Positions 30,901 through 41,600 of a stretch of DNA of 58,190 nucleotides are shown one piece after another (position 1 is the stretch's first letter; each line of letters starts with the position of its first letter). A program made the translations under genes and the position numbers. The notes under the pieces are model-generated. The model searched no databases and was not told where the DNA came from. It saw only the letters and a list, made by a program, of their open reading frames with translations. The stretch is from a virus (taxonomy: Duplodnaviria; Caudoviricetes): IMG/VR virus record IMGVR_UViG_3300027861_000036, positions 1 through 58,190 of that record. The stretch is one strand, 5' to 3'.

Positions 30901-33900
30901 CAAATCCAAGAGTAATAGATAATTCCCGTTATACACTTGGAGAATTAGGTGATCCTTATTTAGAAGATCCTACTCTTAAAGTAAAAAGACCTATATCTTG
31001 TTTATATGGGGCTTTAAAATTTGATTTTGAAAATCAATATGGTCAGCTTGAAGGTGTTAAGCAAGTTCAAATGAGAGGTTGTGTAGAATATGTAGACTCT
31101 TCAAACCCTGATGGTTTTTCATATTTTACAGAACCTCTGTTTTCAGGAGATGTATATATCAATAGATATACAGAAAAAACAATCATGCCTATATTTACAG
31201 ATTTTATGTATGGGCAACCGGATGAAACAATATATGATTATATTAAAAGAATAAATATACCTTATCCAAGGTATTGGATGAATACAGAAAAATATCAAAT
31301 AGGTAAATTAATTGATGGTTTTCTTAATGGAACATTATTTGCTACTTTTTCAGGTGGTAATACTCCAGACCTTATACCAGAAGATTTATTTTATTTAGAT
31401 AGACATGCAAGTTCATGTGGGGCGTTTCTTGTTCAACAAACTTTAGGTACAGGAACCCCTACAGCTAATAATGTAGACCCTAATCCAATATTTGCAATGA
31501 GATTTGCATATATGTATACGCATGTAAATGGTATACAGGATTTCTTTGTAGAATCTGAATTAAACATAGCACAAAGAGACTGGGAAGATATAGCAGCTAA
31601 AAGACATTATGATCCATATTTATATACAAGTATAAGAGATTTATTTCATGCTGATATAATCAAGGATGATAACTTTTATAAATATGATTCTCCATTAAGT
31701 GCTTCTAGGTTTATTACAAATTTACAATCTTATGGTAATGTACAACTAAGAGATTATGATCCACAGGTAGCAGAAACATGTTTTTCATTCTATCCTAAAA
31801 GGTTAATCTATTCTCTTCAGGCAAGAAAAGAAACCAGAAAAGATTTTTGGAGAGTCTTCCTTCCCAATAATTTTAAAGACTTTAAGGATAAGGTTAATGT
31901 TATTAAACCTATAAATAAAAGCGGTGCTATAATATTCTTCCCTTATAGATCACCTCAGATGTTCCAGGGTTTAGATACATTAAGAACTGATTTAGGTACA
32001 AAGCTTACAATAGGTGATGGTGGATTATTTAGCCAACCATTTCAAAATCTTGTAAATGCAGACTTAGCAAATGAATATGGTTCTTGTGAAAGTGCAAGAA
32101 GTGTTGTTAATACACCACTTGGTATATTCTATTTATCTCAAGCACAGGGTAAGGTATTCCAATATGGACGTTCCCTTAAGAATATTGCAAATAACGGAAT
32201 GAAATGGTGGTTCAATAAATACTTACCATCCATCTTAATAAGAGAGTTTCCTGAATTAGCAGAAACAGAGTTGGGAGATAACCCTGTTGTTGGTGTTGGT
32301 TGTCAATCTGTATATGATACAAACAATGACATAGTCTACTTTATGAAGAAGGACTATAGTGTTATAGATGAATACAAAACTAACATTCAATTTGACATAG
32401 GTAACTGTCAGTTTTATTTTTACCCTGATGGGTGTGATACATCTACCTGTAGATTCCCTATAACATTAGGAGATATTACTTATTTTAATGATGCATCATG
32501 GACTGTATCTTATGATCCAAAAGCTAATGCTTGGATATCTTTTCATGACTGGCACCCTGAATTAGTGATGCCAAGTATAAATCATTTCTTGACAACCAAA
32601 ACAGAACCTGCAGATCCAACACAACATTATTGCCCACCGGGGTATATTTATAATCCACAAACAGGTGATTGTGAAAGTTTAGTAACAGAGACAGTACCAG
32701 GATTTGCAATATTAGAGGATAATATACAAACTATAACTATAAGCGACTGTCCTCCAGGATACACATTAAATCAGCTTACAAATATATGTGTAGGATTAAC
32801 AACTAACGCAACCGTATCACCAACTACATATTTAGTAGCACCCATTGTAAGCAATCCTGTGTTTGGTATAGTAGGAACTAGATTTTACAATGGAGCTTTT
32901 GGAACAGGACCTTTTATTTCAACTACTGCATCAACAGATTTATTTGATTCTAATAATAACCCTGTAGCTTTTAATTTAAGACCAAAAGGTTCTATATCAA
33001 ATGACCCTTGGTGGAGGAGGTTAAGAGATGGTGGTGTATGGACTACATTAGTGTGTCCATCATTAGGCGGCTGCCCATCTACTTGTGGTAGTCTTAATTG
33101 TACAAATCTGCCATGTTGTGAATGGATTGGATTTATTACTTGTGTAAATATAACGGAATCAAAAGAATATTGTTTTTTAATAGCTGCTGATAATGCGGTA
33201 AGAGTATTTGTTGATGGTAATTTATTTGCAGATTTAAACTTTAGTGCTAATGTGACATTTCAAAGAATGCATGTTATACCTATATTTTTAACTGCTGGAA
33301 CGCACTCTATTACAATGGAAGGGTTTAATAATGACCAATCAGGGGGATTTGTAGGTGAAATTTATAATTTAACATTACAAGAAGCTCAAGATACTAATAT
33401 TATAGGTTCAGAGTTTAACTTAATAAACTATAGACTATGGTCATCACGTCAAGAACAACAGTTTAATACTGGTCAGTTTTCAGGTAATACATGTCCTCCC
33501 GGTTATAGTTTAGTTTTTAGTGCAGATTGTGGAGAATTAATATGTGTTCAAATTGCAAATCCAGAAGTAACATGCGGTTGTGAACCTGGGTATACAATTG
33601 TATATCCTGAATTACAACTTGATAATGTTACTGTTTATAATGTGTTAGATACAGGACCTTGTAGTATAGATGTTGAAATTTCACCTGCTGTACCCGGTAC
33701 AGATCCTGGACCAGACCCTTTACCATTACCAATAGCACCTTCATGCCCTGTAGATATAGTATTTGTAATGCAAGCAGATGATAGTACTACTGATGATTTT
33801 TATGGTGGTCTTAGACAAAGAGAGGTAATGATAGATTTTGTTCAACGGTTTTTAGTAAATCCAACTATACAAGCAGCCTTAAATGCAGGAACATTGCAAT

Positions 33901-35681
33901 TTGGTGCAACATTAGCTGCGCAAAATAATGGTGAACCTTCTTGTCAATTATTTAATTCATTTGCTATAAACCCACTTGGGTTTGAAAATGAGAGATATAA
34001 CTTTCAATTTGGCAGCGGTGGTAATGAGTTTATGTCAAGTACAGAACCAAGTACAGGTTTAAACCCTGTTACACTTGCTCAAGCTATTGTAAATTGGATG
34101 TACAATGAATGGATTAGTACTAATAAACCACCTGATACTAAAAGAAGAGCTGATTATGGGCAAAGATATGCTGTTACTGATGTAATAAATTTAAGAGGGG
34201 CTAACTCACAAAAAGGAGATAGGAGTTTAGATCCTAACTATAAAGCTTATGTAATTCATGTTACATCAGTAGTAAATGATTGGTTTGCTCCACCAGGTTG
34301 TTCTCCGCAATGCCATGATAAGAGTCAAGTATGTTTAGCACCTTGGAGTTCTGGTGTACAGGGTTTAATTTTAATGCTTGGTTCTGTACCAACAGTTAAC
34401 GCTCTAGCAGCTGGTAATTGCGATCCTTTTACAGCGCAATTTCCAGAACCCTGGCTTGCACCATTAAATAATGGTAATCCAAATACTATTTGGGGAGTAC
34501 CTAATTGGCATCCGTCAGGCCCTGTGCATGACGCTGATATGGATGCAGCTGTTCAAGGAATGGTAAATTATATATCTATTGAATGCCCGTTTATACCAAT
34601 AGACCCAAGTCTTTGTGCATGTTATGAATTTATATTGACATCTACAGGTGATTCTGATACAACATTTGCCTTAGTAACCTGTGAAACAGGAGTCTTAGCA
34701 ACCCCTGTAGTTGTTCTAAACGGTGAATCTGTAACTATGAGTTGTGCTAGAAATGCTTATGCAACAGCAGGTACAGGTACAGTTACATATGTTAGTACAA
34801 CACCATGTGGAAGTTATAATTGTGAAGGAACTACAGGAACAGAAGCTGTTATTAACACATATGAAGCTATATGTAGAAAAATAGATTGTGGTTGTTTACC
34901 GGGGCCTACACCACAAACTGTAGTTGAACAAGTAGGTACTTGTGATATACCTAATTTAATATATGATATAGGATATCCATCTGTTTCATTACCTACAATA
35001 ACTTGTAATTATGATATCATATACGCAACACCACCAAGTAATGCAACAGGTGGTATATGGAGGCATAATTACAGATGTGATTTGTATGCTAACTATTATG
35101 GTGTTGATTACCCTTGGGAAATAGAGTTTGTAGAAACTACGGGGCAAATGGTAAATACTGTAAGAAGTTTAGAATACCAGTTAGAAGCTTTTGTATATAA
35201 AGGTAATTTAATAAATGGTTGTGGAGATGACAGATGGCATGATTTAGATTTCAACTTTGATGAATCTATAATTTATAATACTGAGCAGGTATCCGGGTTA
35301 CTAAGATTAGAACTAAACCCTAAAGAGGATCCTTTAGCTATGATACAATATCCCATTATAAGTAATACTGATATTAGAATCCTTTATTCTAAAGAAGAAC
35401 AAAAATACAGGTTCAATCAGTTTTGGGATGTTACTAAAGATAGAGGAGAGTTTTTTAATCAAACACTTGGTGTTTTTGTAGAAGAGCCAATATTCATAAC
35501 TCAGCTAAACGGATACATTAAAGATTTAAACTCAGTAAATCTTAATTATATAAAAGACAGTGACCAACGTAAAAAGTTTAGACACTACTATAACAAATTC
35601 CTTTTAAGAAGAAGGATATCTGGTAATAGGAAGATGCTATTAAAAATAAATAATGCTAAATTAAACTTATCCTTTAGATGA
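27966..35681 (+). CDS. Tail muzzle/stabilisation protein (P22 gp10-like) with a large Cys-rich insertion
   Basis: FTKGM.KD, NEPAN, FMRDEQYAFFI, WTVSYDP...WISFHDW and IWRHN motifs of crAss-like stabilisation proteins; 2571 aa. Confidence 0.75.
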   Translation: MAKKSKKTTNPNNTSSTEVNLFTKGMSKDVNASFQGKETWYHAINAYNNSVDGDVGVIGNEPANLECAKIPYTIIGAIHKQGDEWYIFSTDDVNSEIGLFNDSECAYTTIVNAPCLSFNRKYLITGASKENFDCTWQVYWDDNLNPSRTLNVDDIPWIQNDISTPGSPCKEYQDTIILDCEKIRLAPLVKTPCVKLTKAQDGGQIVNGSYQAFIAYALNGQKVTDYIGVSNIQSLFDHSEFAGSLNITIENLDQRFEEFELVILSNTKNQHVAKRIGLYSTAQTADPSQTSLLPKVISLDFIDPALISTPFPILFKKSPAYEKSEAMYVVNDWLLRQGPTEQFDFNYQPIANLIKTEWVVAQYPASYYFKGGNKTSFMRDEQYAFFIRWIYNTGERSASYHIPGRPPRTTTSFPTPGTNQFGEVINETDDAICPGNCFPTEMNFQAYNTATLITVNASIPVGDGGTIISTGDMGYWESTERYPATKPEIWDSTYINPNTGVNLANTTDTRYDLCGQPIRHHKMPTEELHSSLHLSTEDGQNIRILGVQFKNIIRPKYNDGSYIENIVGYEVLRGSREGAKSILAKGIFRNMREYTIPDAEDLIGDPVQGIYPNYPYNDLDDDQYFQDDRIKTIGCHGYTASIDVYKPLEGYRQDVFTFHSPELMFKRPFLSAHETRIYGTLHGQAEGQFVPSEKHPKNKLLRNGAIIIASIIGVGYAMQKIRGKVTKKSLPLQMNNQGLTWPHSGLGTRSGLIYETILGSGEMSDKGGGNILWGVAGDGYSPHMPGEQLPTSIAGLDNIAAMGAAEGAIQAVITAFLTGEEGGKFAAIGDGGETTTSLYESMNTSRLAAGVLPGTFGAGMQIDIEESEQMGGPVGFRNLTGFTAFLTHFMVGTDEIIELFYNLISLNNFAYKHNSHGQYTTFQRTLFSDDNYRRKNIDANYIGSSFQTFGETSSSSGLFKINNLFRPDTVAINTDGILTNPRVIDNSRYTLGELGDPYLEDPTLKVKRPISCLYGALKFDFENQYGQLEGVKQVQMRGCVEYVDSSNPDGFSYFTEPLFSGDVYINRYTEKTIMPIFTDFMYGQPDETIYDYIKRINIPYPRYWMNTEKYQIGKLIDGFLNGTLFATFSGGNTPDLIPEDLFYLDRHASSCGAFLVQQTLGTGTPTANNVDPNPIFAMRFAYMYTHVNGIQDFFVESELNIAQRDWEDIAAKRHYDPYLYTSIRDLFHADIIKDDNFYKYDSPLSASRFITNLQSYGNVQLRDYDPQVAETCFSFYPKRLIYSLQARKETRKDFWRVFLPNNFKDFKDKVNVIKPINKSGAIIFFPYRSPQMFQGLDTLRTDLGTKLTIGDGGLFSQPFQNLVNADLANEYGSCESARSVVNTPLGIFYLSQAQGKVFQYGRSLKNIANNGMKWWFNKYLPSILIREFPELAETELGDNPVVGVGCQSVYDTNNDIVYFMKKDYSVIDEYKTNIQFDIGNCQFYFYPDGCDTSTCRFPITLGDITYFNDASWTVSYDPKANAWISFHDWHPELVMPSINHFLTTKTEPADPTQHYCPPGYIYNPQTGDCESLVTETVPGFAILEDNIQTITISDCPPGYTLNQLTNICVGLTTNATVSPTTYLVAPIVSNPVFGIVGTRFYNGAFGTGPFISTTASTDLFDSNNNPVAFNLRPKGSISNDPWWRRLRDGGVWTTLVCPSLGGCPSTCGSLNCTNLPCCEWIGFITCVNITESKEYCFLIAADNAVRVFVDGNLFADLNFSANVTFQRMHVIPIFLTAGTHSITMEGFNNDQSGGFVGEIYNLTLQEAQDTNIIGSEFNLINYRLWSSRQEQQFNTGQFSGNTCPPGYSLVFSADCGELICVQIANPEVTCGCEPGYTIVYPELQLDNVTVYNVLDTGPCSIDVEISPAVPGTDPGPDPLPLPIAPSCPVDIVFVMQADDSTTDDFYGGLRQREVMIDFVQRFLVNPTIQAALNAGTLQFGATLAAQNNGEPSCQLFNSFAINPLGFENERYNFQFGSGGNEFMSSTEPSTGLNPVTLAQAIVNWMYNEWISTNKPPDTKRRADYGQRYAVTDVINLRGANSQKGDRSLDPNYKAYVIHVTSVVNDWFAPPGCSPQCHDKSQVCLAPWSSGVQGLILMLGSVPTVNALAAGNCDPFTAQFPEPWLAPLNNGNPNTIWGVPNWHPSGPVHDADMDAAVQGMVNYISIECPFIPIDPSLCACYEFILTSTGDSDTTFALVTCETGVLATPVVVLNGESVTMSCARNAYATAGTGTVTYVSTTPCGSYNCEGTTGTEAVINTYEAICRKIDCGCLPGPTPQTVVEQVGTCDIPNLIYDIGYPSVSLPTITCNYDIIYATPPSNATGGIWRHNYRCDLYANYYGVDYPWEIEFVETTGQMVNTVRSLEYQLEAFVYKGNLINGCGDDRWHDLDFNFDESIIYNTEQVSGLLRLELNPKEDPLAMIQYPIISNTDIRILYSKEEQKYRFNQFWDVTKDRGEFFNQTLGVFVEEPIFITQLNGYIKDLNSVNLNYIKDSDQRKKFRHYYNKFLLRRRISGNRKMLLKINNAKLNLSFR

Positions 35682-38600
35682 TGAAAAGAACTAACAGAAA
35701 AAAAGAGAGCAGAGGTTTACCAGGTGGACCACATGAACAGTTTACATATGTAACAGGTGTATTCTCACAGGATATGTATCATGTTCCTAAAGCTCAAAGT
35801 GGAATAGAGCAGCCTATTCTGTATGTAGATTCAGAAGATGATGAGAGGTATAAAAGTTATATAGACAGTTTGATACCTTTTAATGCTATGGTAAAACAAT
35901 ATAATATTGAAGGTAATGCAAGAGGTAAATCAGATTGGGAAAAAAAGACAGAACTTTATTCATCTATTAAAAACTTAGATGATTGGATGAATGCTGCTTT
36001 TGGTGGAAATCTAATGGCTAGAGATTATGATATGGGTGCTGATGATCCTACAGGTTATATTGAAGATGAATACAAAAAATTAAAAAGAAAATATCCAAAT
36101 GAACCTTTAAGATATGACTCTGAAATAGAAAGATGGACAACAAAAGATTTAAATTACAATAAAAACTATGATGAAGTTGGTGAAAATATAACACCAGAAT
36201 CTGAATTTTATAATGTCCCTTTAAATTTAAAAGATGCAATAAAAAAAGGTGAAGTAGATAAAGGTGATATAGAATTATTAAAATACTATGAGTCTTTAGG
36301 TATTCCAAACGAAAGAATAGGATATTATAATTCTCCTGACGTTTATTCTGATAAAGTAAAAGCAATAGGTAATTGGATGGGCAAAGCATGGAATCCTGTT
36401 TATCCAGAACCAAAAGTTCAGGTCAATGTTAAAGGTAAACAACCTTTAGAAAAACTTAAATTTAAAGAAATACCACAACCTGATTATAGAATACATGACT
36501 ATATGAAGATGGAAGGAATGGATCCTTCTCCAGAAAATAGAGACATGTGGGCTAAGATGCTTGGTATAAAAGATTATATAAGAACAGCAGAACAAAATGA
36601 AGAACTGATAAAGAGATTAAAAGAATACAAAAAGAATCCTATAAGAGCTCAATACGGAGGTAATATTTCTACAGAAGGTTATAAAAGAAATAGTAAAGAT
36701 GTAAATAACCCTTTTAATGTAATTATGGGTGACCCAAGTGGTACACCTATAACTATGGGAGGGGTAGACTTTGCTGTAAAGGGTGTAGACAACTTAGGTA
36801 ATGAAAAAATAATGTATCCAGGAGCAGAGTATCATTTCCCTGGTAGCATGGTTTATGAAACACCTTTTAGGAGAGCTCAAGAAGGTAATGGTGAAAAAGA
36901 AGTACAACAAATATATGATTTCAATGGTAGTAAATGGAAAATAAAAGATGGTGTTTATGAACAAGTATCTGATGACGCACCAGTAACAAATGCTCATACT
37001 ATTGATAGAAGCTCTGCTTATGCTAAAAATAAATCTGAAAGGCTTTTTAGAAATATAACACCTCAAGGCTATGGTGATCTTAAAACAAATTTAGAAAGAT
37101 ATAAAAGATATAAAGGTGATCTAGGCAGAGATAAAGAAGATGTTTTATGGCAGAGTGCAAAAGATTCTCCTACAGGAAAACCTATTTACTATAATCTTCC
37201 TAAGAGAGATGATATGTTTAGACTATATCTAGGTTTAAATCAAGAACATAATAGTTTTACTCCTCAATTAGATTATAAACCATCAAAAGCAAAAAATCCA
37301 GATGCTTTATATTGGAAGCCTAACTATTGGGATGATGAAATGAAACAGTATCTTCTTGATTATTCTCTTAATCCGATAGGGTTAAGAGATAATAAACTTG
37401 TATATGATAATAAAATTTTTAATGAAAGAAGTGATGTGTTTCTTCCTAAGTTAGAAAGTTTAGAAGCAGAAGGTATGGATTGGTCAGACCCTCAAACAGC
37501 TGAATGGGTTGCAGATAATCCATTGGGAGATTTTACTGTAACTAAAGGTGAAGATGATCATGGAAAATACATATCTATTTATGATAAAATAGATTTTAAC
37601 CCTTTTCAAACAGGAGATGGCTCATCTACTAATGCAGCAGGCAAAGCATTACAACTTTATATGAAATCTCAAGGTTATGACGTTGACGAGAATACTGAAG
37701 CCGCATCTTTATTAGGGGCTGGTAAACCCTATGAAATTTATGATAGAATCTATTATGATGATAAGACTGGTAAAATTATTAAATCACCGTTAATTAATAA
37801 ACAAAAAGGTGGCAGTAATATTCAAACACCTTTGAGGGGTGCCCAACAAGGAATAGAAGTACCAACCAAAAATCAAATAGCTAATGATCCTGAATTAATG
37901 AATTGGGATAACTATAATACACCGCTTACTAAGAAGGAACAAAAAGAATTTAAAAAATGGATGAAAGAAGCAAATATTCATCCCTGGGACAGAGGAGCTT
38001 ATGATATACAAGGGTATTGGAAAGAACAAGTTAAAGGTAAAGGTTTTGATAGTGTAGATGATGATGGGCATAGACCAGATACATATAAAAAACCAAATCA
38101 TCCTACATTTTCTATGCAATCTAAATATGCAGATCATCCAGGTGTTGAAGCAGGTTTTTGGGATGGCCCTGATTATTATGCACCATCCACACATAGAAAC
38201 TTATATGGATTAGATTATTATGACTGGATGAATTCAAGAGAGCCTGATAGACCTGAAAAGCTTGCGGGTTATATGGAGAAGCCTATTATTGTTACACCAA
38301 AACAACAAGGTGGTAGTAATATTCAAACACCTTTAAGGAGAGCTCAACTAGGAATAGAAGGTGCTAGTACTTATAACATTGGTTACAGACCTAAGTATCC
38401 TTTAAATGCTTCAGAAAGTACAAGGGTAGAACCAATTGCAATACCTACAACTGCAAATCTAAATTCATATGCGGATTTTATGAGTAGTAAAAGATTTCAT
38501 AAAGATTGGATGAGCTCTCCCATGCATATGCAAATGCTTAAAAAAAGTGCACCAGATAATTATTTAGATATTTTAAAAACAAGACTTCAAAATATTAATA

Positions 38601-41600
38601 ATGCAACTATACGTGATAGATTTATAGAAGGTGATCAATATATACCAGGTTCACTTTTTTCTGGCAGCCCTGCTGGCGGTTATGCTCAAGGGTTAAATTA
38701 TGTTAATCAATCCCCTTTATATAAATCCATAGAGCGAAGAAATATGCCCCACATGAGACAATATAATGAATTTTTTTTGGATTTACCCACGCATGAATTA
38801 TCTCATATACAAGATTATAAAAATTCTTATTTAGGTAAATTTAAGACATTATTTGGGGGTGATCAATATGATTATCAATTTACAAATCTTCCAAAATCAG
38901 ATGTTTCTTTTATAAGAAATTTAAAAATAAAAGATAATAAATTAACTAAAGAATCAGAAGAATATTATTCTGATCCAACCGAAGTAAGGGCTAGGTTAAA
39001 TGAAATTAGACACTCTGCAATAAGAAATAAACAATGGGATCCGTTTAATGAAAAAATGACACTTAAAAAGTTAAAATGGTTAAATCTTGATATTATGAAG
39101 CCTGGTGGTTTAGATGATTTACAACAAATTTATAGCGATGAACAGATAATAGATTTATTAAATACTGTTTCACAAACAGATGATGATCAAATTTACAATA
39201 ATGAAAATAGAACTAGCTATGCACAATCTGGTGGTGAATTTCAAAAGTTAGTTAACAAATACACAACACAAGGTTGGTCTTCTCTCAATCCTCAAGAACA
39301 GCAGTTCTACAGAGAGACTTATCAGAGAGGTGGTTCAATACCTCAATATCAAAGGGGAGTGGAGACTGAAGATGAACGAATAACAAGAGAAGGAAATGCT
39401 GACTGGATGAGGGGTTGGATGGAAGCACAACCTATAGAAAGGAGAGATTCAGCATGGGCTCAAGAAGGATGGAGAGAATGGGAAAGCCACATGAATCTCA
39501 GGGAAATAGAAGAGAGGGAGGCGGAAATAGAGAGAGAAAAGAATAATTCTTGGGGTAGTAAATATCCTTATAATAAAATCAAAGAAGGATATGATTGGTT
39601 AAAAGATAAGTTCCCAATGCCTTTTCAAGAAGGTGGTGATTTACCAAGCTATCAAATACAGGGAGAAACAGATGTTGAACGTGCTGACCGTATAAATTTA
39701 CTTCAATACAACTTTGATGAACGAGAGTTTGATTATATAAGGAATGAACTAGAAAGTGGTAGATGGAATGAACTTTCACCTAAAGAACAAGAGTTTTATA
39801 GAAAGAACCAGCCTGTTATGCGTCCTGTACAGAATAAATTTGGCATGGAAGGGATGAAAATAGTGCAGGGTAGTGGTGATGATTTAGAATGGATACCTAA
39901 TATATATAAAGGTGTAATACCAACTATTAATGTTACAGCTTCACGCCCAGATGATGTAAATCCTGTTATAAATGCTATGCGTACAGGAAGAGATAATTTA
40001 CAAAATGAAATAGGGAAAGCAGTAGAAGAAGGAACTCCTTGGGGTGCAATGAAAAGAATGTATAAACACGGTCCTAAACATTATTATGATGCAACAAATG
40101 TAGCTTTAAGAGATGCAGTTACTTTAAATAAAGTACCACATTTTGGTGAATGGGCTAAACTGTTAGATGTTGCAGAAGTAGCTCCGGTAGGAGGGCTTGT
40201 TACTCAAGGGTTAAAAGCCCCTATTAAATCAGGCACTAAAGCAATAGCCAAACAAGTAAAACAAATTCCTTCTACTATAAAAGGACTACCCAAAGAACTA
40301 AAAAATTTAGATACTAAAGCTGGGGATTATTATTTTGGAAAATATGCTCGTATGAGGGATATAGAAACAAATGCAAATAAATATTTAAAGGAAGGTTTAG
40401 GTATAAAAAAAGGAAGTATAAAAGATAATGACTTAGCTATAAAATATAATCATAAAAACCGTGATTTTCAGATTACAGTTAAAGGGGTAGGAACAGAAAA
40501 GGATAGAATCACCGGTTATATAAAACTTGGGGATAAAGAATGGAAAAAACCACCTTCTTTTTTTGGAAGCATATTTGGTAAAAAACCAACTTTTAGTTCA
40601 CAAATATCAAAAGAACTGGATTTCCCATATTCTAAAGCATCAGAGTTAGAGGGTACAGGTTTAGGAGCTGAGGTAGTAGCCGCTATGAATAAAGCAATTA
40701 AAGATAAAGCAGGTACTTTATATAGTTCTAAGTCACATTTTGATGACGGAATAACCAGATATTTACAAGAGTATTTAAAGGAAAGGGTATTGCCTGGTGA
40801 AAACTTTACTAAATCTACTCAGTTTTTTTTAGATGATTTAAAAAAAGCAGTGGGAAATGATTATTCTAAAAATGCAATAAGAAAGTTTCAGGAGTTGCCA
40901 GAAAATCAATGGATTATTAAATCATATATAGACAAGTTAAGATGGCAATATAAAATGGCAGGGGGTGAGTTAGGAATAGAAACGTTAACTTCTGATAAAG
41001 AACAAGAGTATCAATCTGGTGGTTCTACAAGTTCTTTATGGGAAACAAAAACTGGTTTACCTTGGAGTGAAGCTAAAGCAAGAGGTTTATCTGACGGTAC
41101 ATATAGTTCTAATGTAGCGTTAAGAAAAAAACTTTTAAATGATGAAATAAATTTCCCTAGTACACCTGTGGTAAATGATATACAGCCTATAATAACTCCA
41201 CAAGCAACTCCACAAGTAACTCCGGAAGTACAAGAAGATGTAAACTTTGATCATCTTACATTTGATGAAGCATTTGGAAAAGCCAGAGAGATGTATGGGC
41301 CTAATAAAATATTTAAATATAAAGGACATTTAAAAAATACTAATAGATCTGGTGAACCATTTGAACCTTCAGAAGAAGAGCTTACTAAGTGGGGGATGGG
41401 TACTAAAAAAACAAAGGAGAAGATAAAGAAAGTTAATGAAGATATAGTTAGTCCATATACAGTTGATGATAGATTAGAAATAGAAGATGTTTTTGAACCT
41501 AGTAGAGAATGGGAAAAAGAAGCAATGAAAAGATTGCAAAAAGAAGTAGAAAGTGGTGAACCCGGTATGCATGAGAAAAAAACATGGGAGTATCAAAAGA

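Noticed and set aside
37799-38360. Diversity-generating retroelement TR/VR pair
   Set aside because: Mismatches are not confined to adenines of one copy, both copies are in-frame linkers, and no reverse transcriptase is visible.
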